The notes beneath the pieces were generated by a model. That model searched no databases. It saw only the letters and a list, made by a program, of their open reading frames with translations, and was not told the DNA's origin. Source: Phoronis australis (taxonomy: Eukaryota > Animalia > Phoronida). Taken from it: a DNA stretch of 37,137 nucleotides. Where the stretch lies: the NCBI GenBank assembly GCA_002633005.1, contig NMRA01000772.1:1-37137 (forward strand). The letters run 5' to 3'. Shown here piece by piece: positions 1 through 11,530 of this stretch. A program made the position numbers and the translations under genes. How positions within the stretch are numbered: position 1 is the stretch's first letter; every line of letters begins with the position of its first letter.

Positions 1-433
1 AATTTCAGCAATAGCTTGCGACTTGTTCGTTGCAATTTGGCAGATTTTAATATTTTTGTAGTCAGCATTAAAACACCGAATTTAAAACATGCATATTTAC
101 AAGGAATGGTGCTCTGCACTTGCAAGAGCAGCTTATGCATTTTTGCCTGTGTATATGAATGCATGTGCCCTTATGCAATGTCAGATTTGCATTTTATTAT
201 GACATCATAAACAGGGACTATGATTTCATGAGTCCATTTCTAATCGGTCTTGAGCAGTTTTATTCAGGTTGTCATCGTTATTTATTGTCAATTTGGTAAA
301 CCTGTTGGTTATAGATTAGACAAGATATATACCTGTCCTCTGATGCCAATTTTGTGGGGAAAATTGGCACTGTATGCCAGTAAGTTGTTATTTCCTTGCT
401 TTATATCAATCAAACTGTGCTGCCACCTTTCAG

Positions 434-614
434 ACGATTTGTATGGAACTTCTTCCGTCTGGAGAACGAGCACCTGAACAACTGTGGTCAGTTCCGCGCT
501 GTCCGCGACATATCTATCGTTCCTATAGATGCCAGTGACCAGACACTACTGGAAAATATGATGGATGAAGAGGACGGAGTGTCAAACAGACATCGCTCAA
601 AGAAAAAGAAGTAA
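434..614 (+). CDS. XPR1: XPR1 (SPX-EXS phosphate exporter / xenotropic and polytropic retrovirus receptor 1), 3' coding exon; upstream exons lie outside the window
   Basis: After a pyrimidine-rich acceptor (ccacctttcAG, AG at 432-433) the frame reads [49 protein letters not shown]. This is the conserved end of the EXS domain and C-terminal tail of metazoan XPR1. The frame stops at TAA 612-614, which overlaps a GTAAGT donor at 611-616. Confidence 0.93.
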
Positions 615-650
615 GTTTATTGAACCTACGGTAAAAGTTTTCCAATTTGT

Positions 651-887
651 CAGGGCTTGGAGTTTCCTCATTTAGAGGACTTCCTCTTTTTTGGTTTCCA
701 GCTTCCTTTTTTCGCGTCTCTTTTTCATCATTATTTTGATTTTATTTATGCAAAATTGTTAATGTTTATTTAATCAGTAAAATTTTTCAACACAAAAACT
801 ATTTCTTTCACACAAACCTATTTATTTGTGGAACGATAATCCCCTGGAAATTTACCTTTTTTTTGTCATTGGTCATTCCAAGCCCTG
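651..887. mobile_element. MITE-like element with 11-bp terminal inverted repeats
   Basis: CAGGGCTTGGA at 651-661 and TCCAAGCCCTG at 877-887 enclose an AT-rich non-coding interior. No clear target-site duplication. Confidence 0.5.
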
Positions 888-929
888 ATATGGAATAGTC
901 AAAAGTTAGTTATTTTAGTCAAGGTCAAA

Positions 930-1165
930 GCTTGTCCCAAGTTCTAGAAATAGGCAATGTTGACCGTCCCAAATTCAAGAATCACCAGAAAGACAGCAAA
1001 ATTGCACACTCTGCAGATTGAAAACCTGTCCAAAATTTGAGTAATTTGGTGAACACCAAAATCTCTTGTCCAATATTACAGAATGAAGAAAATTTACATT
1101 TTTGCGCAATTTTCTATGTCCCAAATACTAGAGACTGTCCCAAATTGGAGTCTTTTTACTGTAAT
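930..1165. repeat. Cluster of TGTCC(C/A)AAAT motifs, probably the subterminal repeats of a non-autonomous DNA transposon
   Basis: About six copies of the motif (near 934, 966, 1028, 1067, 1117, 1136), ending in TTTTTACTGTA. Confidence 0.35.
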
Positions 1166-4100
1166 AAATCGTAGAATATTAATACTTCCTCAAACAAACA
1201 TTTGCTTTGCGTGTAGTTTTGTATTAGAGAGACGGCGGCATTGAACGCTCATTTTTGTTGCCATCAAGAGCCTATAAAAGTATGAGATCCGAAAGTTTCA
1301 TTTGAATCTGACCACAGGCAATTGAGGTCATGTTTCTTGTTACTAAGTTGAGGATACTAGAAAGAGCATCCCTACTAACCACCTGAAATGTCAACTTTTG
1401 TCCCCATCATTGTTAAATTGCGCTGTTGTCGCAAAAGCGTACTATTTAAATTTGAACTCTAGTAAACTCAAAATTACAACCAGTATATCCACTCATTACT
1501 ATACGCTGCCCTGTTCAAATTACTTTACTTAATAACCCTAATTCTAATACAGCAGATGACGTATTTGATATTGGGTGAGTAAAAGTAGCATTTGGCTTTC
1601 TCAAGGTAATTGTTTCTTGGTATCGATGCTGTGGAGGTATTCAGCTGAAGGTAGAGGGACAGCTGTGTAGTTGAGTCATTGGTCTTAAAAAGCATTACGA
1701 TTTCACCATATTTCGAGTGTGCATATCTTAGATGGAGCAGCACTGATGACCTTTTGACCTTAACACCGGATGCATGTTTTTTGTTTAAGTTATTTTTATT
1801 ATTTACAAGATGTCACAAGAGATCATATTTAAAAATTTACTGTTGTGCCTATGTTAATAAAACTGATTCCTAAACTAAAGCTTTTTTAAGTGGTTTAAAT
1901 TGTAGTGCGACAATCAAATGCTAGTGAAAACCCACTGCTGACCTCTGGTGTTGAAAGCTCCTTACAGTTGTGCGACAATAGCATTTGCAATATTACTCAG
2001 AAATACTTTAAGCAATCATTAAATTTGGATTTGTGAAGAATTTTTTTCGCTGTATTTTCATTGTTTTCATGGACACAGTTTGCCAATAGGGGGCGCAGGG
2101 TCTGTGACGACAAATAAGCAGTGCTCAAGTTTTGATTGTTATTGAGATGCTATGTGTGTGTGCAAAATCTGAAAATGCCCGAGTACTGTATTTGCATCAA
2201 ACATGTAAAACCTTCATTTTGCCTTTACTAAGACATGATAAACAACTGTTGGCATGGCGCTTAGCATGACGTGCTTACCCATTCAAATTTCACTGCATTC
2301 TTTGGGGGCATTAAGATCACTGTGATAGGTGGTGATGTACACAGGTCAAGTCACTTTGTTGTGTTGCTGTGGTAGGTTAAACAATAGAGGTCATGATATA
2401 TCAACAAAGGAGCAGCAGTTGGAATGTGCATTATTGCTCTTTTCTTCTGTTCCAGCTAACTGATTTTTGCCATTCTAGTAAAGGAAAAGTTTAATTTTAA
2501 AAAAAAAAGGATTTAGTTTTTACAGTCTGCAGTGTTTAAAATGGTCGTGAAAGACTGTTGTCACAAACAGGCAGCGGTTATCACTCACAGCCATGTCTGT
2601 TTGTTAATTGCCAACAAAAGAACCCCATCATAAAAGTCCAGGTTATTGTGATGTCAACCCGTAAGGAGCATTCATAGTTATCAGTTAGAAATGAGATGTA
2701 GCATGTAATGGCTGCCGCGATGACTGCTCTCAGAGGGCTGTGTAACATTTATCTCTCAGACGTAAATTAGAATTCAAACTATTATATTGTTTCAATGTTT
2801 CACAATAAAACACTAAGTATTCCGTAAATTTTCAGATCTCAATATTTAACGTGAAATACGGTACCTGGAAACGCAGCTGCTTGAAATGCAATAACCCACC
2901 CCTATTGTTTTGCGTAAGGATTTGCACCCCACAGAGTGTGTATTGAGAGTTTGTCAATAAAGCACCATTAAAAATGAAAATACTAAAAACAGATGTTTTA
3001 AATCATATAGTGGCTTATTGCTTCTCTGTGTCTCTTTATGCCAATATAATTCAGAAACTAATAAAATGTATAAGAAAGTCACAATGCATATCTCTCAGAG
3101 CAAGTGATGTCTTGAAGAATGTGATCAGTCTCTGGTTGCATTTTGTGATAGTTGATAATTTGTGTAACATTTTTACTTGGCAAAAGAATTTCGCCAAGTA
3201 TGTTGCTCTGACATCGCTTTCTCTGTTTGTTTATAGTCTACAGGTCGCATTTTGCGTCCGATTCGCACGAAATTCACACACAACCTCCAGAATAACTCAA
3301 ACCCTATTGTTTTTCATCATGATCGGATTCAAGATGGCGGATGTGGCAGTCATTTTGTTTTTGAATTCAGATTGAAACGCTGATAGAGTCTGCAATTTTT
3401 TATGTACATAGCTGAAAATCTGTACAATTACTATAGCAGACTTTTACTACACATATCATAAATTATGAACTTACGGTCAAAGATGTCGGAAATATCGACA
3501 ATTACATTTGGACACCTCGATTTCAGGGCAAAAACGCTTTCATTTATCACATTTTAGAAATGTACGTAAAAGGGCCTTTTATGCCAACATTGACACAACA
3601 ATGTTTTTCAGGAGTGTCCATTAGTAGGAACTGTCAACTTCGGTCCTGTATTGAAGTTAACATCCGGAATTAAAATCGGTGTCATGATATTCCTTACCAT
3701 GATAGGACTTGATTTCCATTACCAACGAGAGCATCAAAACCATCAGCGATTCAAGAGAATGCTTTGGAATTAATTGGGATTGGTCAACCCTAACATTGCG
3801 ATATTGAGCATGACGTATTGCTTGTGACTTGACTTGCTAAATCATGACTGTAGAAGTGCGGTAATGTTTTTGAACTTCATTCAGTCTAGGAATCAACACT
3901 GACTGCTAAGCAATGGCGAAAATGTGGACACTGGAAAAGAAACTTTTTTGAATGCTAGAGACTATTAAAACAAAATAATGAGAATGTCTCTCCATTATGA
4001 ATTGCAAATTAATGGGAAAATGTCTGTCTCTTTCATAAAATTGTGAAAATATTGCCTTTTTCTAATGATTTGAGTGGTCTAGGCTGAAGAAAAAACCCTG

Positions 4101-4241
4101 GACTGTGAATTATTACATTGGAGCACTATGCCTCATGGTAATGTTGAATTGCTAAAAACAACATTGTATTATCACTAAATAATTTCATAAGGTTGGTAGA
4201 GTACAAATTGATAGTCTCTTATTTTCACAACCAGAAAAGCA

Positions 4242-4293
4242 CAATAACTTGACGATTTCGGCTCCTATCAGCAGCCATCTTCCGAAGTTATTG
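4242..4293 (-). ncRNA. Minimal type I hammerhead-ribozyme-like motif of the Penelope type, with a variant core
   Basis: Minus strand reads CAATAACTT-CGGAAGA-T-GGCT(GCTGATAGG)AGCC-GAAA-TC-GTC-AAGTTATTG. It has a perfect 9-bp stem I, a CUGANGA-like box with U>G, stem II, the GAAA box and a GUC cleavage triplet. Confidence 0.6.
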
Positions 4294-4690
4294 GGCACTA
4301 GGTGGCGTGGTGATTAATTAATATTTAACATTGTATTAGATTTTTTGTATACCAGGTTCGTTAATCCCATGATAACACATAGCATGAGATATGGAGTGAG
4401 CTTTGCTGTTACATATGGTTATGTAATCAGTTTTCTTGTAACGTCAGGAATTGCTTTCTGAGTATTTTTTAAAAACTGCCTTAAGCTACCGTGATGCTGT
4501 TAGTCGCCAGTGTTGCAGTGTCATAGGCTCACGTCTGCCTCATGCTTTAATCTCTGGAAAATCGACGCGCGCTGAGAAAGTTTAATATGGCACGACGGCA
4601 CATGGCGGAAATCAAACTTCTAGGATTGCTGTCGATATTTACGCAAAATGACGTACGTTGTATATCCAGGGATACAGTAATTTTGGGTAA

Positions 4691-4789
4691 TACTCACTTA
4701 CAGGAGTCCTGCATTTGAGAACCAGTTTTCTCCACTGAATATCAGGCATCAAACTGGTTCTCTCAATGCAGGACCCCTGCCAGTGAGTA
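4691..4789. repeat. Palindromic (hairpin) interspersed repeat, copy 1
   Basis: Arms TACTCACT..GTCCTGCATT.GAGAACCAGTTT and AAACTGGTTCTC..AATGCAGGAC..AGTGAGTA surround a 22-nt loop. A related copy lies at 25694-25770. Confidence 0.7.
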
Positions 4790-5674
4790 TTGCTCAGTTT
4801 TGTCCGAAGTAAAACGTGTAGAATGTTCACTGTAAAAACTATCAATATTTTCCTGTTATCTCTCACATCACCATATGTATTACAGAGGGAAGAAAGATCA
4901 GTCCAAACTCTGGCTGCTAGATGATGAAGAAGATGAAGCACAGGAAACATGGATAAGGGGGCCACTCAGTAAGTGGCTGACAGGTGGCAAGCTCTGATTG
5001 GTTGGATAAGAGATGCAATTGCATGTGACATGCAGTGGACATTGGCTTGTGATAGGTTGTGTAACTGTCCTTTGGTTGCTGATACACAAAGAGATTATTA
5101 GCTTTAACTAACAAAAGGGACTTGTGGCAGGCTGTGATTGGCATGCTACAATATTGTAAGCTGTGATTGGCCAATTACCTGATGAAGGGTGGCAGGCTGA
5201 TTGGTTGACGTTCAGAAATATTGTAAGCTGTGATTGGCAGATTACCGGATGAATGATTACAAGTTGTGCATGACAACTAATGTATCTGTTGTTGGTGTAA
5301 GCATTGTGCCACAAGACATTCACAAACTTGTGTGTATCATGAAAAATTGCTAACTTTGATTACTCCATACTCAGGGGACATGAATACGGGCGGGGCGAGG
5401 GGGGAGGCAAATTTTCATGACTATAAGATTAGTTAGTACTGACTGGTTGTCTTCCATGACCCAGCATCTCAGTATGTTTTATTAAACCAGTCAGATTTTA
5501 ATTGTTTTTTGACCTCACAATGTTTATATCTTAACAGGAGTCAACTGTTGACGAACATTGCAAGAATCTGATGTTCTGAAGCATTTATAATATGTTACAT
5601 TTGGCTGTTGCCTACAGACAACAGATGTATTTTGAAATTGACCCTAGGTAATGGTAATAGAGATCTGGAACTGG

Positions 5675-5811
5675 GGTCTAATCTCTTAACTTGAAACTCT
5701 ACTAAAAAATTGACCAATTGCATGGCACTCTTACAAATTTTTACTTAAACAATGCCACCTGATTGGTTAAGTTTAAAACCAGAGTAGAGTCGGAGTTGGG
5801 AGATTAGATCC
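5675..5811. mobile_element. Fold-back MITE-like element
   Basis: Imperfect inverted arms GGTCTAATCTC..AACT..ACTCTACT..CCAAT and ATTGG..AGTAGAGT..AGTT..GAGATTAGATCC. Confidence 0.5.
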
Positions 5812-6605
5812 TTGCCCAGGTCACTAACAGTGACATAGTCTAGCTTGACCTTTGCATATTTGCACTGCTGTGGTTGCATTTAATGAACAATATCGATCAT
5901 GTTAATATTAATGTATGTAATTACTGAGCTCATCTCACCCTACATGCGTTTGTTCATCTCAAAGCATGCCAGACTTACGATAGATGCCAAACATTAAAGT
6001 TCGATATCCTGTCATAACAGGAGCCCGTTCCATAGACCAAATTTCTCGTAAAAAAAAGAAAGACCACTCAAGATCTCACAAAATCATGCAAGTGAAAGGC
6101 GAGGATTTCATGAATGTCCTTGCAAAATGGCGGCCACTGAAAGGATTGGTTTGTGAGTTTGAACTGTTGGACTGAATTCACAGACTCTTTTCCATAAGCG
6201 AAGATTTTTCACCACAGATGCAAGCTAATACATTACGATCTACAGAATGCAGCCCAAATAATGACCTGTCATGAAGGTAATTACACATCATTTCAGCTGC
6301 TCTGATCATGAATGTCATTTTCCTCAGCACCTTACGTCCCCACGCTATGGGGTGAGTTTCCCGATTTCGCTGATCGGGAACTCGCATTACAGCTGTGTCG
6401 TTATCATTTTGACAGACAAGAAGGGGAGAAAGTTGGAAAACCATTGTTAACATACTCCAACTATCTCATTGTCTGTGTTCATCTGATAAGCTCATGTGAC
6501 TATGTTACTTCCACTTGAGCTCTGTCATCATGGTTTGAAATTTTAAGGGGTCATTTTGTTGAATTATTTTTGGCGTTTACTGTACAAGGGCACCTTGATC
6601 TGTAA

Positions 6606-6798
6606 GTGCATCATCACTTCATGTGCAAGTGCATCATCACTTCATGTGCAAGTGCATCATCACTTCATGTGTTGGTGCATCATCACTTCATGTGCAAGTG
6701 CATCATCACTTCATGTGTTGGTGCATCATCACTTCATGTTTATGTGCATCACCAATTCATGTGTGGGTGCGTCATCACTCCATGTGTAGATGCATCAC
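6606..6798. repeat. 23-bp minisatellite, about 8.5 units
   Basis: Unit GTGCATCATCACTTCATGTGCAA or GTGCATCATCACTTCATGTGTTG starts at 6606, 6629, 6652, 6675, 6698, 6721, 6744, 6767 and 6790, and decays toward the 3' end. Confidence 0.92.
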
Positions 6799-7944
6799 AA
6801 CTTAAGCTAAAATGTTTAAGAATATCAATTAACTTTCACATGACTTCCACGCTTGCTACTCATTTTCTGATATTGTTTAAAGTCATAGTTTGTCCTAACA
6901 ACAATTTTAACCACTATAGGACCTTAGTGACATGTTTGCTTATTTAGCTAAATATCTACAAAACTATCCACTTTAACTTTAGTAAAAGTAATATATTTTC
7001 TGAAAGTAGAAAGATTGTAGAATTTAATTGTAAACATTTTGCCAAGATGTCATTAATTGGATTGTGTGACTATATTTTTGAATTAATAAATCTTAGCAAA
7101 AAGGTTCATTGGTAGCAAAACACCAATATCCGAATAACATGATCAAATTTCATTGGATATAAACTTTCAAGGTGAGATCTCGAAGACAATATTGCTGTTT
7201 TCTGAAATATCATTTCGTTTTCATTTATGCAACTTTAAAGGTATTTCATGAAAAACATAAAATTCTATTTTCTGGTAGCCCTTCTTGCAAACGTTTCTTT
7301 GAGCAGTTTGGCGGACGGAGATGGATGTCAAAAAACAACGACACCAAAAAAGCAAACTCGAAAACCCAGAACTTTGGGTCACTTTATCAGGAGCCTGTTT
7401 ATTGAAGAGATTGTTAGATTGTTGGCTTTTGTGGTTAGCCAAGAGTCAGTAATCTTACTGGACCACTGTCGTTCTACATGTTTAGGCCTACTGCAAACGA
7501 TGCGAAAGTGTCGACCTGTACAGGGCTGCGCGGCGGAAGACACGATTAACTAACATATTGTATATAAAAGGGCGTGGTCTAGAAATCGAATGCAATTTCA
7601 AATGCTACCAACATCAAATTCACACAACCTTTTTTATAATTAAAACATTTCTCATCCACAGCCTTTGAAACGCTCAATGTTAACTCAGTGATACACTGGC
7701 ACGTCTTCATGCAACTGAGATGACCTAACACATCTGGGTTCACTACGTTTTTAACCACAGGCTTAACTGCTGACAGTGAAAACTCTTGTGAAATCTGTTT
7801 GTGTATGAAATAAAACTGATAATCGTTAACATTTTCTGATAATCTGGGGCCGTTCCTTCTGATCGTCACCAGTTGAACGCCGTCCACGGACGTCACCAAT
7901 TTAGCGCAATATGAGTTCTCCCTCAGTCACTACTAATTTTAACC

Positions 7945-8002
7945 NNNNNNNNNNNNNNNNNNNNNNNNNNNNNNNNNNNNNNNNNNNNNNNNNNNNNNNN
8001 NN
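7945..8002. other. Assembly gap (run of 58 N)
   Basis: Directly visible run of Ns. Confidence 0.99.
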
Positions 8003-11000
8003 CCCACCCTGCCAAGACCGTTGTTACGCACGTTGATACAATAGGCTCCCCGGCAGATCGCGGCTGTTAGAAGCCGTGACGACCTGAAAAGAAAAACGAA
8101 AACATTGGGACAGCGTGAACTCATGAAGGACGTGAACCAGGCAAGTCAAGAATCGGTCTACTATTTATATACTTAATGTTCCACTTCTTCCTTAATATAT
8201 ACTTAACCAAATACAATCCATCTACATGTATGTCGACCGTTTTCATTTCATTGCATCATATATTCGCTACAGTTACGAACATTGGTTCCGATAGTTCTTC
8301 CTGTAGGTCTCACGTACTGATGGACGTCACACACTTCTGCTAAAATTTAAAGTATGAACAGTGTCGCTAGTTTACTGAAGTCTCATCATAAGTACAGAAA
8401 TGTTGCTGAAGAATAACAGTGGCTATCTGAAAAGAGGAAATACATAAAATAAAATATGGAAACACCAAACAAAAATCAAAACAACACTTACCTGTTGCAA
8501 TAACGCCTTAAACTCGAACGTACTGACCGACTTGCATGAACGGAATGTTAGTTGAACATGTTAGTAGAACAAAACTGTCTCAATGAAATTTTCATAGTCT
8601 ACAGGTTTAAGAAGATCCACCGTAGATTTCCGTAAGTCCAGCATATTATATACGGCGCGTTTTTACGCGAATGAGCCCTACCAAGAAAACATTAGCAACT
8701 GCACTGAAAAACGAAAGACGTTTGAACTGCATACAGATTTTTAGTGAAAAAATTTCGTTTCAACCCAAAAATTGCGTTGTCAGAAGCACTGAATGTTGTA
8801 CCAAGTCAGTGGTGACTCAAGCCTTGCTAACATTCAAAATTATTAAGCAAGCCCAGAACGGTTGCACGAAGATTTCAATCATTCGTCGGTATGCAGGTAA
8901 GTGGCAGCAAAACTTATTGTTCGACGATAGTTAACCGACTGAAAAGGAAGAAGCATAAAATCTCCCGTGCACGACGCAGCCTCGGTCGCCGCGGCTCACG
9001 CGGTGTGCGACTGTTATGTTTGCTTTGTAACCAGCTTTACTTTGGCTACGTCTCATTCGGCTGCCGCTGTTACTATCTACATTACTTTGGACGCGCGATA
9101 TCCAACGGACAGACGTGGCTGTATTGTGCCGGGGGTATGGGGGGCCTAAACAACAAATATTTCTCATAGCGTCAAGGATAAAATCCGGACACGTCGTCGG
9201 TAGATTTTAGCCACTGATAAGGGCATTTGCAAAGGCCAGGACGCCTTAAAAATAAAAGTTTCGTAAACACGCAAGTTGCTGTCAGACGTGCAAGTTCAAT
9301 GTCACAGTCGGAAGTCGAACAGCACGGTCTAATTAAACCAGAGCATATAATTCTTATTGTCACGCTACAACAAAAAGTTGCATCGGTGTATTTCCCATTT
9401 GTATTTTCATCAGAAATTTTAGTCATGCGAGACTCGGCGATTCTTTTCATAGATAAAGCGCCAAACACAAGCTAAATGCAAGACAATCGAGTTATGGTCG
9501 TGACATTGTCAAGACAACGTAAATATTACGGAGCCCGTTATACCGATTCTCGTATCAGAAGCCTTATAGAGTAGTAATTATCCATTGAACGTGATACGAG
9601 AGTTGCGTCGATCCGAAATTAGCGTTTCTAAAATTTTCCTTGTCCGATAGTCGCGGGACAGAAATCCGATGCTTATGACATTGTTCGAAATTCGAGGATC
9701 ATTGTAAAACAGCTTTTGGACCTTGTACGAATTTCGTGGACTATGGAAAACTCATTTCGTAAATATTTATTCTTGTCCCAAAATCATGGCGGGCCGTTCG
9801 AAAATCGCGCGGGTTTACCGTAACCTGTTTTCTTGAAAGAGACTGCCCTCCGTAGACAAAGCCAAGAAGAACACCAGGTGGCCGCACCAAAGTTCACGAT
9901 TCGTCTCACCAAGGACTGTCGAACAAAAAGCCTTGGAAATCGACGTCATCTCTTGAGTAGGCTCAAAAAATGGCTCGGCAAAATGACAGTTTGCGAGAAA
10001 GGGAAGCTGAAGAAATAACCAAAAACCATATTTCGCTCTGCATGGCTTTAGTGATGCCCAGAACTCGTCATACGTTTTCGTCTGTAAATGGAGAAAATGT
10101 TAGCTACTGACGAGTACGACTATATCACAACATAAAGTTAATAAAATGAGTCTCATAAGAATCAATAAATAATATAACTGTGTTCTTAAATCTTACGCTT
10201 TCAGTATCTTCACATCACAAATGTCTCGTTTAGGGTCAACTTCAGACGCGGTTTCCAAATTCAGATCAATCTAGTCCAGCCACGGTTAAGAATTCCCGTA
10301 GTTACCTGTGTTTGCACCACCCGATATGTTATAGCTTTTAAGATGGTGCATTTGATATGTTGTGGGTTTTTATCTGGCCGATCAGGCACTCTTCAAGACT
10401 GTCAGGTGAATTTCGACTAGCACAGGCACGCGGCCAAAATATAGTCATTGTAAAACGCTTTGCTAACTCACTTCCCGGTTCATACCCTTTTCGTAATCTT
10501 TCATTTTCTTAATCCTCGCCAGCAGTTTTTAGCAACATTCGATAAGGTGGAAAAGAATAATGTTCAGTTGTTTTGAAGACACGTGATTTAAATACCTTGA
10601 CAGAGAAACTACTTAATCATTTACCGAGGAGCGTAGAAATTAGCTCCTTGATTGGTTTCGGTATCCAGCGCTGGAAGCCTGGCACATAAAATTTATCTAT
10701 TCTATATATTTATCCTATCTTTAACAGTTGTTATTCACTCGTTAAACATATCTACACAACTTGAAGCAAACTGATGCTGTAGGACGCGCTTCAGTGACTT
10801 CGCCGTTTCCACCAGATCAAAAGCGGGTAAGATATCTGATTGGTCTGTAAGCTGAAAGTTGGCGTCATCGAGAACCATTCGAATGTCTTATCCGCTTGAC
10901 CCAGCAAAACCGGCGAAGTCAATCAGGTGTTACAAATAAAAATAGAATGGTTACCTTCCCAAAGTGGATCTTTAAATCGGAAAAGAGTAACCTTTCGCAG

Positions 11001-11520
11001 GATGATATTTTGTCGGATAAGACACCTTCAGATCCATCACAGCGGCCTATTGTGACCGTACGAGAGACTGAATATCAAACTAAAACAAATAAGGTTATTC
11101 GTGAGCCAGGCTTTTGGTCACATTTTTCATACTGTAAGTGTCGTTGGTTTGTAACATGGGCACGGAGACATGCAGCTCTGGAATGTCACTACAACTGCAC
11201 GTTCTGCTATTGAACGCTTTGTTAGAGCATGTCGGATAAACGACAACGCTCATCCGAAATGGAGACAAGTTGAAATTACAGCAAGAATTCTACAGGAAAT
11301 GCACGAACGGATTGTGGACATTATTGTTCATCCAGGTGAAGGACTTGAGGCGAAAATTTAAATCAAAACTCATGGATCTATAATACAGTGACTTTCAGAC
11401 GTTAATATGTACCCAGGTGTTACAGTGATCAGCCACACCTTAGACGCACCTGTTGTGATTTTGTACACTTGCAATCTTTTTAGCTATTTGAATTTTTAAA
11501 CAACTTTACAGACGACTGTG

Positions 11521-11530
11521 ATGGCGACAG
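11521..11530 (+). CDS. DUF229-family gene, start-codon micro-exon (exon 11512-11530; coding ATG GCG ACA G)
   Basis: Acceptor actttacAG (AG at 11510-11511) and donor CAG|GTAAGT (GT at 11531). The phase-1 end matches the acceptor at 14470-14471, giving MATG-FKRKF... Confidence 0.7.

Noticed and set aside
2974-3375. 133-aa hydrophobic ORF
   Set aside because: Low-complexity AT-rich translation running into transposon-like sequence (CAAGATGGCGG motif), with no family motifs.
6556-6947. His/Cys-rich ORFs resembling a metal-binding peptide
   Set aside because: They arise from a 23-bp minisatellite. The unit is not a multiple of three and cycles through all frames.
7579-7899. 106-aa minus-strand ORF
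   Set aside because: Non-ATG start, no recognisable domain, and adjacent to the gap. It could only matter as part of the hypothetical minus-strand transcript.
8891-9468. Cys-rich short ORFs (8891-9169 + with an RARR site; 9172-9468 -)
   Set aside because: No signal peptide and no recognisable cysteine framework, with several overlapping ORFs on both strands. Consistent with chance.
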